From positions 372,001-436,000 of the forward strand of contig JBODTK010000135.1 in the NCBI GenBank assembly GCA_050613775.1: 64,000 bases of DNA, in the 5' to 3' direction. Positions within the stretch are counted from its first letter, which is position 1. Every line of letters starts with the position of its first letter. Positions 36,919 through 50,635 of this stretch are shown one piece after another. The notes beneath the pieces were generated by a model that did not search any database, was not told where the DNA came from, and saw only the letters and a list, made by a program, of their open reading frames with translations. The position numbers and the translations under genes were made by a program. This DNA is from Neocallimastix sp. 'constans' (lineage: Eukaryota).

Positions 36919-39570
36919 ATGTCAGTAATAACTATGTCCATAGATGATAATACAATAAATAATATTGATACATCTATTGCAATTTCTACTAATAATTTAT
37001 CTTCACTATTAAAAAATAAAATGGATAATAGAATAAATTTGCCAGTTATTTCTAAAGAACAACTTCAACAACAAATACAAATAGGTCAAGTAAAGATACA
37101 GCAACCTCAAATAATACAGACTAATCAACCCATATTATCACAAGCAATTTCACTGACCCAACCTTCACAACCACCAATAATTAAAGTTATTCATGTAGCC
37201 CAACCGGTCCCACCAAATTCTACACAAAATGTATTTATACCACCAAATACTTTAATACGACCCAACAATCTTTCCACCACCCAAGCTTTAAATATACCAA
37301 TGCCAGTAGATTCGAAAAGAAGACATTCAATACCAAATATAATGGAACAAGATCAAGGACCATCACCGAATCAACCAGGTCCAAGGCGTCTCTCCGTACA
37401 ACTGAATGAAATACCATTAACTAATCCAGATGCTATGGTGATTGATCCAAAACCTGTAACACATCCAACTACTGTAAAAATTACAGATACCTCTCCAGCA
37501 GCAACTCAAGCTACTGTAGTAGCTGCAGCGCCTTCAATCGCAGCACATCCACAAATACGGTATATCTATGGTATACCGAGAGCACCCTCTCTTCCAATAA
37601 ATAATATTGTTCCAGTCACCATGTCGCCCATACAGCCATTAAAAACTTTCCCTGCACTACCACTTTCTAATTTTGTTGTATATTTAGTGAATCGAATATG
37701 GTACCATGGAAAACCGGAATGTCGTAATACAGCACAACCAAAGTATGCTGAATTAACAAAATTCGTGGAAGATGTTTTAAAGATTACAGATTTATCCTTA
37801 AATACAGTTCTTCTTTCACTTCGGTATATCTATATGTTGCGTCAAAAATGTGTAACCGATCAAAAAGTTTTAGAATGGTCAATTAAGGATTTAATTTCTG
37901 TTCATTTTATGTTGGCTAATAAATTTTTATCGGATGATCGTTATTCTAATAGTGTATGGGCGTCAGTATGTAATAAGGATTTAGATGAAATGAATCTTTT
38001 GGAAAAGAAATCATTAGAAATTCTTCAGTTTAATTTAAATGTACATGAGGATGAGTTTAAAAGTTGGGAAAAAAGTATTACTAATTTGGGTAAGGAATTG
38101 AGACAACGAATGACAACGCTTCAACAAGAAAGAAATTTAAAGAAGCAACAAGCTGAATTAACAGCACTATTAAATGAAACAATGTCAAATACTAATATCA
38201 TTCAAATGCCCCTCTTCCATCAAGCACAACCCTTTTCTACTTTAGTCGTAAATAATGTTCCAGCTATTCCAATAAATCCTGGAGCTGCTACCATTAATAT
38301 CGTCAATGCCCATCCTGTGACAGCAATCACCCAAAATCCTGCTGCCATAATAACTACCAATACTCAAGTAGCACCTACATTAGCCACCACTTCTTTAAAT
38401 TTAAAATTCACATCCCAACCTACCAATATAGCTAATGTAGCCAATGTGGTTAGTACGGCAAATACCGTCCAAATGGCAAGTGTTGCCAATGCTACTAATG
38501 TGGCAGCCATCGCTCAACAAAATCCAATTCCCATCAATGCCGTGGCGATAAAGCATACTTTACCAGTTACTACATCTCCCAAAGTTTCAGTGACGCCAAT
38601 GTACGTATGCAATAATAAATTAGTTACTTCTTTACCGGCGGCAGCCACAGCGACTGGATTAACAGTTGTTAATCCAACATCCAACGCAGTTAGACCATTA
38701 AATTCAAATTCAATATATCCATCACCACCACTTTGTCGAGTTCCTAATTCTCAACCAACAGCGGTATTAGCAACTCCTAATTTCGTTGGTCCAGCTGGTC
38801 CAGCTACCATTACTTTAGTTTCTACCAATGGTGAAGTTTCTACCATCAATGCCACTCGTGGCATCAATACCCTTACTGGTGAACCTTCATCATCTACCAA
38901 AGTGATTACTCCTCAAACTATTCATACCACGACTCTAATTCCAGCAACTATTAACAATGGAAATGTTAATGTACCAACACCAACTACACAAACTGGTGTC
39001 AGTGCTTCTTCTAACAATTGCCGATTTCTTAAACATTCACTTTCTAGTACAAGTTTAAACAATCTTCAACAACAGCAACAGTTACAACCTCAATTTCAAC
39101 AAAGTAAAACCAATTATAATTCACCATTAACACAACATCATATGACAGGCATATCTAGCGGATCACGCCTTAAAACCTCAAATTCTGCTCTAAATCTCTC
39201 TAGTGTTAAGAATAGTACTGTATTTAAATATCAACCTCAATCTATTATAAATCATACTGCTACTCTGAATAATTTAAATGAATTAAACTTACCAATTAGT
39301 CGTATCCCCACTCCATTAAATTATTCTTCACCAAAAAAGATGAGATTTAGTACTGGAGTGACGTCTTCAGCACATTCAGGTTTTATTAAAAAGGAAAATA
39401 TTGCTGGGGTACCTTTATTGACCACTTCCCCATTAAATGGTTTAACCCAAGTTCAACTACCACCTGTTATGGGTCCTAATATGGCTCAAAATAATACCAT
39501 AATTAAAGCAACTAATACTTCAGATCCTACAATTAATATAATACAAACCAATAAACCAATGTTTTATTAA
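36919..39570 (+). CDS. PHO80/PCL-family cyclin with long low-complexity N- and C-terminal regions
   Basis: 883-aa single ORF; cyclin box FVEDVLKIT..VLLSLRYI..FMLANKFLSDDRYSNSVWA..EMNLLEKKSLEILQFNL. Confidence 0.9.
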   Translation: MSVITMSIDDNTINNIDTSIAISTNNLSSLLKNKMDNRINLPVISKEQLQQQIQIGQVKIQQPQIIQTNQPILSQAISLTQPSQPPIIKVIHVAQPVPPNSTQNVFIPPNTLIRPNNLSTTQALNIPMPVDSKRRHSIPNIMEQDQGPSPNQPGPRRLSVQLNEIPLTNPDAMVIDPKPVTHPTTVKITDTSPAATQATVVAAAPSIAAHPQIRYIYGIPRAPSLPINNIVPVTMSPIQPLKTFPALPLSNFVVYLVNRIWYHGKPECRNTAQPKYAELTKFVEDVLKITDLSLNTVLLSLRYIYMLRQKCVTDQKVLEWSIKDLISVHFMLANKFLSDDRYSNSVWASVCNKDLDEMNLLEKKSLEILQFNLNVHEDEFKSWEKSITNLGKELRQRMTTLQQERNLKKQQAELTALLNETMSNTNIIQMPLFHQAQPFSTLVVNNVPAIPINPGAATINIVNAHPVTAITQNPAAIITTNTQVAPTLATTSLNLKFTSQPTNIANVANVVSTANTVQMASVANATNVAAIAQQNPIPINAVAIKHTLPVTTSPKVSVTPMYVCNNKLVTSLPAAATATGLTVVNPTSNAVRPLNSNSIYPSPPLCRVPNSQPTAVLATPNFVGPAGPATITLVSTNGEVSTINATRGINTLTGEPSSSTKVITPQTIHTTTLIPATINNGNVNVPTPTTQTGVSASSNNCRFLKHSLSSTSLNNLQQQQQLQPQFQQSKTNYNSPLTQHHMTGISSGSRLKTSNSALNLSSVKNSTVFKYQPQSIINHTATLNNLNELNLPISRIPTPLNYSSPKKMRFSTGVTSSAHSGFIKKENIAGVPLLTTSPLNGLTQVQLPPVMGPNMAQNNTIIKATNTSDPTINIIQTNKPMFY

Positions 39571-40543
39571 AATATTTTTTGTTTAATATATTTTATTTTA
39601 TTTTATTTTTAATTTTTTTTTTTGTATAAAATATTGTTTTTTTTTTTTTATTTTTTTATTTTATTTTATTTTTTTTTTTTTTATTATTTGTTTACTTTAT
39701 ATCCTTTTTAATATTTGAAATATTTTAAATTATATCCTTTTTATATACATATTTAATACTTTTTTTTTTTTTTATTTATTTATTTATTTAAAGGAAAAAA
39801 TATTTTAAAATATTTTGTAAATTATATATAATTAGCATTTTAAAGTATTATTATTTTTTCATTTATTAAAAAAAAAAAAAAAAAAATTATATATATATCT
39901 TATATCTATTGATATAAGATAAAATATAAAGAGAAGAAAATATTTATTTGTACAATTTAATTTATATGTAATACCATTAGAATCTTTGTTAATTATATTA
40001 ATTGTTTTCTTAAATTTTTAAATGAAATACTTTTTAAAAAAAAAAAAAAAAAAAAAAAGTATATATATATAAATAATAATACCATTTTATAAAAAGCAAA
40101 AATATATATTTAAAAAAAATATAAATATATAATAAAAAATAAAAAAAAAAAAAAAAGATAGATATAAGATATAAATGTAAATTAAAATATTTTTAATTTA
40201 TTTATTTTAAATAATTATATAATGAAGTGTATCTTTTCTTTTATAAAATTTTGAATGATGTAGAGTATTATAATATTTTTTGTGTATATTATATAATATT
40301 ATTTATATAAAAATAATAATTATAAAATTCTTATTATTATTAAAAATCTTTATTGCTTATTATAATTTTTTATTTATTTATTTATTTATTTAAAAATTAA
40401 TTAATGAATAAAATAAAATAGAATAGAATTAATTTTAATAATAAAAATTATAAATATTATATATAAATATTTAATATTTAATTATAATTTTTATATAATT
40501 AATTAAATTAGTAAAAAATACTATTTAGTTCTTATTAAAGCTA

Positions 40544-40715
40544 TATCTAGGTTGTGGAGGGTAGAGGGTATAAAAATAAAATGACGATTACTTAATGGAA
40601 GACCATCGCTTCCTATTCTGTCATGAAACAAAGTTAACCTGGGATTGATTCACTAATGAGGATTATCATTATATTTTAGGGACATGGAAGTGACCATGAC
40701 CTAGGCTAAACAAAG
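40544..40715 (+). ncRNA. Short structured RNA-like island, possibly a retroposed insertion
   Basis: Ends pair (CTAGGTTGTGG/CCATGACCTAG, two G-U pairs); internal stems ATGAC/GTCAT and GGAAG/CTTCC; flanked by TATTAAAG(C/A)TA direct repeat. Confidence 0.5.
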
Positions 40716-41673
40716 TATTAAAGATAATTTTTTTTTTTTTTTTTCTTCTAATTAAATATTTTGTAAATTTTTTGAACATGAAATTCATTAGTATTTCTTT
40801 TTATTCTTTTATTTAAATTGTTTAATTAAAATAGAAAAATGAAAAAAAAAAAAAAAGGATAAAAAAAAGTAATTATAAAAGTATAAAGAGAAAGAGTTTT
40901 TTTTTTTTTTTTTTTTTTATTTTATTTTATTTTTTTTTTTCTATTCTTGTATTAAAATTTATTTATATGGTAATACAACAAGATTTGCATTATTTATTTA
41001 TTTATTTATTTTTTATTTATTTTTTTATTTAATTATTTAATTATTTATTTTTTTTTTTTTTTAACATATAATTAATATTAATTATAATTTTTGAAAACTA
41101 TAAATTTTATTAAACCATTTTGTATAATAATTTTTTTTTTTTAATTATTAATTTTTTTTTTTTTTTTTTTTTTTATGTTTGTTATTTGGCTAATCTGTTT
41201 TTATGTTTATTTTTATTTTTTTAATTTTTTTTTTTTTTTTTTTATTAAAAAAGAAAATTGTTTATAAATCATTTTTATTTTTATTTTTATTTTTATTTTT
41301 TTTTATTTTTGGATATAAATTATTCTATTTTATTATAGATGACATTTATTATTTATAATATTGAAAATTTTTAAATTAATCCTCTTATATATATATGTTA
41401 ATTTTTTATTTTCAAAATTAATATTATTATTTTTTGTATAATAAAATATATATATATATATTATATATATTATATATATATATATTATATTTTTTATTGG
41501 GAGTTAATTATAAACAAGTGTACAAAAATCAAAATTAGTTTCTTATACTAAAAATTTTTTTTTTTATAAAAAAGAAAATAAAAATTTCAATCGGATATAT
41601 CTAATATATATACATTATTATTGAATTTACAATTTAAAATATAATATAAAAGAAAGTAAAAAGGAAAATAAAA

Positions 41674-41704
<31 letters not shown>

Positions 41705-41760
41705 TTATATATATATAAAATATAAATAGATATATATATAAACTTTATGATAGTTTTTAT

Positions 41761-41820
<60 letters not shown>

Positions 41821-41933
41821 CATTTCAAAAACTAATTTCAAAATTACTTTTTTTTCTTTTTTTTTGTATTTTTTTTATAAAATTTTTAAAAATTTCTGAT
41901 ATATTAAAATTATATTTGTTTTTTCGTATTGCT

Positions 41934-41971
<38 letters not shown>

Positions 41972-42338
41972 TCACCCCACAAATAGTAAAAAATATACAT
42001 ATATAAAAAAAAAAAAAGAAATAAAATAAAAATTAAACAACTGTTATATCAACAAAAGATATAATAATAATAAAAAAAAAAAAAAAAAAAAAAAAAAGTC
42101 ACAAATTTTTTTTTTTTTTTTTTTTTATATTATTATATAACCTAATCTATTTATGATGAATTAAATTACTATTTATATTTTTATATATACATAAAAGTAT
42201 ACAAGTTATGTATAAATATATATATTATTGCTTAAAAATTATTATTGTTATTATTATTATTATTATGCTTGTTTGCTTATTTTTTTTTTCTATTTTTATT
42301 TAGATATAAATATTTGTCCTTTTTTTTTTTTTTTTTGC

Positions 42339-43586
42339 TTAAAGTTTAGATTTTAATTTAGTAATTAGGGGTTCAGATGTTATAGGAGTTTTTTGAAGGT
42401 ATAACGATTTATTTTGTTTAAATGATTGGATTAATATATCTTTAATAATATTTTTATCTACTTTAAGAATAATTCTAGCGTTAAGTGTTTTTTGACCATC
42501 ACCTAACCAGTCAATGCAAGTTAATCCTCTTGCATATTTACCGGAAAGTTCAATATCAACATCTAAATCTTGATATTCTTTTATAATGGATTCTGGTTCT
42601 AAGGCACAAACTAATGTATATAAATCACTCATAATAAATTTAGTGGCATCAATCTGATATTGGAGAACTGCATTTGACGTATATATTTGATCTTCGACCG
42701 ATAATGGATCTTCAAATAATGTTAGTGTAGATATTTCGTTATTGTCAATAATATTATTATTAATTTTATTATTATTTTGTTTATTTTTTTTATTTTCATG
42801 GAAAACATTTGAAATTGTACGAGAAATTATACTTTCATGAGATTTACGGAATAAAAGTTCCTTTATACTATTTAATTCTTTCATTAAATAAGTTAATTCA
42901 TTAACTGGTGGTGTACTAATTAAATAATCATAAAATTTCCAATCTAAACCTTGTTCAACAGAGACTTCCCATGGAACTAAAGTAAGTTTTGGTTGAGTTT
43001 TATGTGGATGATCAACACTATATTGTTTAGCAGCTGTTAAAACAATATGTGCGGCTTCTGGATCAAAATTAAAAGCGTATTCTGTTACACGTGTTGAATT
43101 ACCTTTAGCATAAAGACAACCGCCCATAACAATAATATTTTTTACTTTTGATAAAAAGAATGGGTTTAAACGGATAGCCAAAGCTATATTTGTTAATGGA
43201 CCAAGACATACAATTGTAAATTCATTAGGTTCATTGGTTACCATACGAATTAAAGCCAAAACAGCGTGTTCTTTCTGAATATGCTTCGTAATTAAATTAC
43301 GTTCATGCAATGAATACGAATTCATATTATGGAAATTAGAAAATGAAGAATATGGTTTTTCAATATTAAAATTCTGAATAATTGGCTTATCACATCCAGG
43401 ATATATTGGAATTTTTTTGTCTCGTAATGAATTAACATCCAATAGAGAACATAAGTTTAATATTCCTTGTTTTAATGATACATTTCCCTCTATATAATAT
43501 ATAATAAAAATAATATTAATATTATTTCCAATAAAATATATAAAAATAAATATATCATTGTATTTAAAGAAACCCAATTAATGATA

Positions 43587-43618
<32 letters not shown>

Positions 43619-44441
43619 CAACAATAATAATAGAATTAAATAAAAATAAATAACAATTTCTATTATTAAATATTACTTATGACATAGAATTTTAACTATG
43701 TTTTCAAAATCGAGAGTTTTTTTCTTTTTTCTCAGTTCATTAAAGTTATTTTAATATAAATAAAAGAAAAAACCAATTTCAAAATAGAAAAAAAAAAGTA
43801 TTTTTCAATATATATATAATAAAGTTAAAAAATTTTCTTTACATTATTATGATTAATATTAATTTCTAATTAAAAATTTAAATACTACTTATTTCATAGT
43901 TTTCAATGAATGAATAAATTAATATATTAATAAATTAATAAATAATAAATAAAATACAATAAAAATGCAATAATAATAATAATAATAATAAATAAATAAA
44001 TAAATAAATAAAATAAATAAAATAAAATAAAATAAAATAAAATAAAATAAAATAAAATAAAATAAAATAAAATAAAATAAAATAAAATAAAATAAAATAA
44101 AATAAAATAAAATAAAATAAAATAAAATAAAAACAAAAAATAAAATAAAAAAAAAAAATAAAAATAAAAATTTATTAAAAATTTTGACAATTTATCTTTA
44201 AAATTATATCGATTCCATCAATTACACCATTGGGTTTCTAAAAACAATTATTAATTTCTTTATTATATATTATTATCATTTTCTTACCAACTACCGTAAT
44301 TGCTTCTAACTTTGATTTGTCATATTTTAATGATACAATTATTGATATAATATCATCTATACCAGAATCTGTATCTATAATAATTCTTTTCTGTGGTATT
44401 AATGATTCATTTATTGAATAAATGTTGTTATCTATTGTCAT
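42339..44441 (-). CDS. Inosine-uridine preferring nucleoside hydrolase family protein (2 exons: 44441-44288, 43489-42339; 434 aa)
   Basis: IIIDTDSGIDD Ca-binding motif, ITVV-E-GNV across a phase-compatible GT-AG intron, LGPLTNIALA, MGG, DPEAA. Confidence 0.92.
44010..44132. repeat. (TAAAA)n microsatellite in the hydrolase intron
   Basis: Direct tandem repetition. Confidence 0.9.
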
Positions 44442-44740
44442 CTTTTTTTTTTTAATTTTTTATTTATAATTTTGATAATATTGCTTTTATTAAACAGATG
44501 TTTATTTATTTAATTCTTTCCCTATATACTATATTTTTTAAACGTTTTGAAATTATTTATAATTATTATTACAATGTAAATTATTTTATTTTAATTTTAA
44601 TATGAAAAAAAGGTCAAATTAATATACAAAAAGTTTAATAAAATAAAAACAAATACCAAGAATAATATTTCTAAATCAAAATCAAAATAATATAAATATA
44701 AAAAAAAAGTTTAATCACAAATGATTTAACAATATAACAA

Positions 44741-44777
<37 letters not shown>

Positions 44778-46851
44778 AAAAAAATAATTTTTTTTTATTT
44801 ATTTAGATTAAAGATGTATTTTGTAATAAAGAGAAATAAAAATAAAACTAATTTTATTATTTCCCTTTGTTTATATATTAAATAATTTATTTCAATATAG
44901 TAATATATTTTTTTTATTTATTTATTTCCTTTCTGAAGTTTAATTTATCCCTTCTTTTTTTATGAAATAAAATGATAATCTAGAAAATATTGTCTTTAAG
45001 AACAGAATGTATCATAAAATAAAAAAAATAATAATAAAAAAATTAAACATTTGAAAAAAAAAATAAAATATATATATATATATATTTATACATTTTTTAA
45101 TAATAGAAAAATATGGAATTTTTTATTTAAAAAAATGATGATTATTTTATAATTAAATATATTGATTAATAAATAATTCTATTATAAAGTATATTGTAAT
45201 ATATATAATAATTAAAGTTAAACTTTAATTAAAAATTTAATATAAAATTTTAAAAAACTAATTATTCATAATTAATAATCAACCGAAAAGTAAAAAATAA
45301 TAAAAAAAAAATTAAAAAAAAAAATATATATATATATTATAAGTATATTCTAATATACTTAAATGTATGGATATGGTGTACTATAAACTTTACAGGCAAA
45401 ATTTTTTTTTTTTTTCTATTGAATATTTTCATTTTACAATTTTTATATCATTTTTTATATATATATATATAATATATATGTCTATTATATTATTAATTAA
45501 AAATTTAGTAAATCTTTTCAATTATTTCAATGTATTTTTAGAATTATCGATAGAAAATATTTTATAAACTTTTTTTTTTTTTTTTAATTAATCTAATAAT
45601 ATATAATCTATATTGATTAATAATATATTGTAATTTATATACAATAACAAATAAAATTACCATACGGAAATAAGCAATATTATTTCCGTTGACAGAATTT
45701 AAAGTTTTTATTTATATATATTTAATATATATAACTTTAATTTTTTTCTATTTCACCAATGAAATTAATGAAATTATATAAAATTTCTTAAATTAATAAA
45801 TTTTAATAACTTTTCTGTTTTTTTTTGTTTTTGTTTTTGTTTTTGTTTCGTTTTAGTTTTTTGGTTTTGTTTTGTTTTTAAATAATCAAAATATAAAATA
45901 TTATTGGTATAAATAAAGGAATAATTTTACAGCACTTATTTAAATATAAAAAAGGGAATTTATTGAAGTATTATTATACTATTATTAATTATTTGGAATA
46001 TAAATATAATTACATTATATTAATTTTATACTAAATTATAAACTAATATTTAGTATATTTAAATGTTTTAAAGAGTAATGTACTAATATATAATACATAA
46101 AATATTTATATTTAAAATATGTATAAAATAATAATCTAATATCATTCTCTTTTCTTATTTTATCAATATTTTTTATAATTATGATAATTTGTTTTTAAGT
46201 ACTACATTTTTGTTTTTGGTATATAAATGTCTTTATTTTACAAATTTACAAGTTGTATGAATAATTTTTTTTATAAATGTGATAATATGAATATATATTT
46301 GATATATTATATAATTAATAGTATTCAAAAAAAAAAAAATAAAATAAAATTATATACATATTCTTCATTTTTTATTTAAAATAATCTTTTTTATAAACTA
46401 ATTAAAAAAAAATATTTTTTTAGTGGCAAAATTTATACAAGTATTTATTTTTAAAAATTTATAAATAAAATAAAATTTGTTAACTTTGGTGAACAAAACT
46501 ATTAATGGAGATAATGAACTAAAAAAAACTTTATTAGCATGCGCTAAAAGAATTTAGTAAATGAACAAGAATCTCATTGAAAAATGAAAAACTCTGTAAG
46601 AGAGGTATCTTTATTTTATATAAGATGGAATATTTAGAAATAGATAATGTATATTGTTATATACTATTTAACTATGTAATAATAACAATATTAATATCTT
46701 TAATTTTTTTTTTATTAAAACTAATATAAATATGTTTTAGATATTTATTTAAATATGAATTTAATATGTTTCTAAAATCTTACTTCTATCCTATTATTAT
46801 AATTACTAATAGAAATGAAATAAAATGAATTATTTATAATAAATATTAAAT

Positions 46852-46883
<32 letters not shown>

Positions 46884-47174
46884 TGTTTTTTTGTTTTTTT
46901 TTTTTTTTGACGTGATTTTGATTAAACCATTTTTTTTTAATTTTTATAATTTTTTTTTAAATTACAATTAAAAATTTCAATTGATTATATTAAAAAAAAA
47001 ATCAAATACTTTTAAACCATTAATTTATGAACTTTTCATATCATAATGTTTTAATAAAGTTAATAATTTAGCTATAAAGAAAACCAACTAAATATTACCA
47101 TAATAGGAAATCTACTTCATTCCAAAGTTAGTAATGAAATTGGTTAAATAAATTTTTACTTTATTTTATTTTAG

Positions 47175-47205
<31 letters not shown>

Positions 47206-47873
47206 CAATCTGTACTTTATTTTCATATTTCAACTATTTATTTTATATTATTTTATTTTATTCGATCTTTATGTTTAATATTCAACTATTTATTTTATTT
47301 TATTTTTATATTTTTATATTTTTATATATTTTTTATTTTTATGTTTTTATAGGTATATTATGACTTTTATTTTCAATCAATAACATGCTTAATAAATATA
47401 TGTTGACACAATTACAATAATATTGACTAAATAAATTTATTAATATTGATAGATCTATATATTAGATATATTAATAAATGTTTATATGATTAATTTAAAT
47501 TTCAAAAAAATATATATATATATTTAAAGTTTTTCTCTATATTAAAATAAAAAATTATATAAATTATATATATGTTATATATAATGTTTATAATTATGAA
47601 ATAATTACATAAAATATATTTTTAAGTACAATTTACATTTTAGTATAATTTAATAATATTATTTTTTTCTAAAATAAGCATTTTATATTTTAGGTAAAAA
47701 AGTCTATATATATAAAAAAAAAAAAACATGTATATATATAATAATGATTGATTTAATCATTACCATTATATATAAAATTTTATGCATTTTCTATTGATGG
47801 ACAAAACTATACATTTCATTATAAAGCAGTGGTTAAAATTAAAAGTTTATTAACAAAAAAATTTTTTTACTAT

Positions 47874-47910
<37 letters not shown>

Positions 47911-50443
47911 CATATTATTCATTCAATAACATATTTAAATTATTAACAAAAATTGTGGTAATAATTAAAAAGATTTGATAAAACCTTTATTAATAATATA
48001 AATTTTATCTTAATAATATATAATATATAATAATACATAATAAGAATTCTATAAAATTTTTTATTAAATTAAAAAAGATGAAATTCTTTAATATATTTAT
48101 TGATTTTTTAATTTTTAATTAATAATATATAATAAAAAGTGGAATCATATGCATTAAAGTTCTATATATAATTTGATGACAATTATAGTTATATGTACAA
48201 TATTTTATAATTATTTTATTGCAGTTTTGACTTTTTTTGAATTTAAAAAAATATATTTATTATTATGCAATTATCATCATTATTAATTATTGTTTTTATT
48301 ATCATTAATATTTATTGTGTTGTATTATTTATTACTTATTATTTATTATTCATTTTTTATTGTTTATTATTCATTATTATTTATTACTATTTTTATTTTT
48401 ATATAAAAGGCTTTATAAAATTCTCTTTTTTACCATATTTTTTAAGTTATTATTAAAGATATTAAATATTGTGAGATATTAATAAATACATATTTATATT
48501 AAATATAGATTATGTAATTTATATATATTAATAATATTGATAATTAATAAATGTTTTATGTTACAAAAAATTTGATGACAATTATAGCATTCAAATAGTA
48601 ACAATTATTAAATAATATATTATTTTACAAGTTTAGTAATATGTTTCAATATAATTGTAAGATTTAAAATATATTTCATGATATAAATAAATAAATAAAT
48701 AAATAAATAAAAGTTAAATATTTAATTTAGAATAATTATATAATATATAATAATTACATTGCAAATTAATTATTTTTATGTTTTAAGAAAATTCTATATG
48801 CATATTTATACTAAATGTAGCTAATGAAAAATTAATAGTAATAAAAAAAAATTGAAATTATTGAAATAAATTAATTTATTTTTTAAATCTTAAATTATAA
48901 ACATTATAAATTTAATGTTTTTAGTAGTCAAATTGAAATTAAATTTTTGAAATTTGTCGAAAACTTAATGTATAATATTTCCATTTCTGGGACATTAATG
49001 TTTCTTTAGTATTATATATATATTACTATATGTTCTTATATATTTCAATCTTAATCTATTATTTCTGACGATATTAAAATAGCATAAAATATATATATTT
49101 TACATACTTTTTTTTGATGTTGTTGATGTAGTTATTAAAACAAAATAACACATATATTGAAATTATTAAAATATATATTAAACTTATCAATGTTTATTAA
49201 AAATTATAAATACTGATAGTTTAGCATTAGCATTATTATTTTTAAATCTTTTTAATAGCAATTTTACTTGTAAGATTATTCCTTATATATAGTTATAGTT
49301 TTGTGATTTGTAGTTTTAAGTTTTTCATTTTTTTTAAACATTTTTTATCATATTTATAATACTACAAAAGTCATAATAGAACTTTACTTTTTTTTTTTTT
49401 TGTTTATTTGCTTGTTGATTACTAATAAATAAGACCTTTTCTAAAAAAAATAATATTTAACATCTATGGTCTTTACTAGCAATATCTGAATTGCTAAATT
49501 TATAAATTTATCTTATGCCTTTAAAAAGTAATTATATTATGTTTTTAGAATTAAATTATAGTATTACCCTTTAAATTCTTATCAAATTGCTTGTATTTAT
49601 ATTAAATTAAAGAGAGAGAACGTAAATAAATAAAATACTTTAAATATATTCTATTAACAATTTATATAAAATCAACTATCTATATAGCAAAGCAACTTTC
49701 GAAAGGGTAATTTATTTCTTAATATAGTAAAATTAAGACCACCGGATATATCTCATATTTATTACTATTGTATTAAAATAAAATATTATATAAATCAATA
49801 AAACATTAATAAGCTGTTACTATTTCTATTTTTTTCATACCTAAAATACAATTTAAAGGAAGCTATTGTTTATTATTTTTTAATAATTAAAGTTATATAT
49901 AAAATTCTAATGTCATCTAGAATACTTTGATCCATATAAGATATTATTAATATCCAATATTTATTTTCATTTAAGGAATTATCAAAGGGAATCACCATAT
50001 ATATTTTATAAATGAGCATAAGATGGCTTCTTTCCAGATTTATATATTTTTTATTTAATTTATTATATTAAAATAATCTAGAGGTCTATATATTTAATAG
50101 TAAAAATCCATACTTATATTGATAAGGTTTATATTCTGAAAGTAATATTAATATTTATATATTTAATTTTAATTTATATAAAATATATTAAATTTAAATT
50201 ATCATTAGTTAAAAGAATTTTTAATAATAATAAAAGAATCTAAATAATTGAGAGTTGATATTTCGTTAAAATAATATTCAAATTTTTACATAATAAAATT
50301 CATTATAGATAAATAAATAATTTTTTTTTCTGCATTTTTTATTTATATTTTAATTTTTATTAAAAATTATTTATATAAATTATAATTTCATTCTATGAAA
50401 TCCCAAAATCTTAAAAATGGCTTTTTGAACATTAACTACTTAG

Positions 50444-50635
50444 ACTAATTACAATGTCGAAAAATCATTCTTAAGGTTAGCTCATAAATTAGTTGGTAAT
50501 CGATTTTATTACTGTACCAGCTCTTGCTTCACCAGAAGTTCAAGTTAACCTAAGTTTGATGGATCTATACAATATGGAACTTGAAAATGAAACTTCTTTT
50601 CCACTTCTAGCGGTAGAAGATGACAATTTACTTAG
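50444..50635 (+). pseudogene. Ran/GSP1 GTPase C-terminal exon fragment
   Basis: TNYNVEKSFLRLAHKLVGN / DFITVPALASPEVQVNLSLMDLYNMELENETSFPLLAVEDDNL resembles Ran NYNFEKPFLWLARKL.G...PALAPPEV...LP.EDDDL; frameshift near 50500; preceded by TTAAC..TAG acceptor. Confidence 0.85.

Noticed and set aside
40551..40572. Twister ribozyme (GTGGAGGG)
   Set aside because: No GUCCCAAGCCC-type partner on the same strand
46424..46630. Coding-like fragments with possible splice sites
   Set aside because: Too short and interrupted to assign; may be a decayed gene piece
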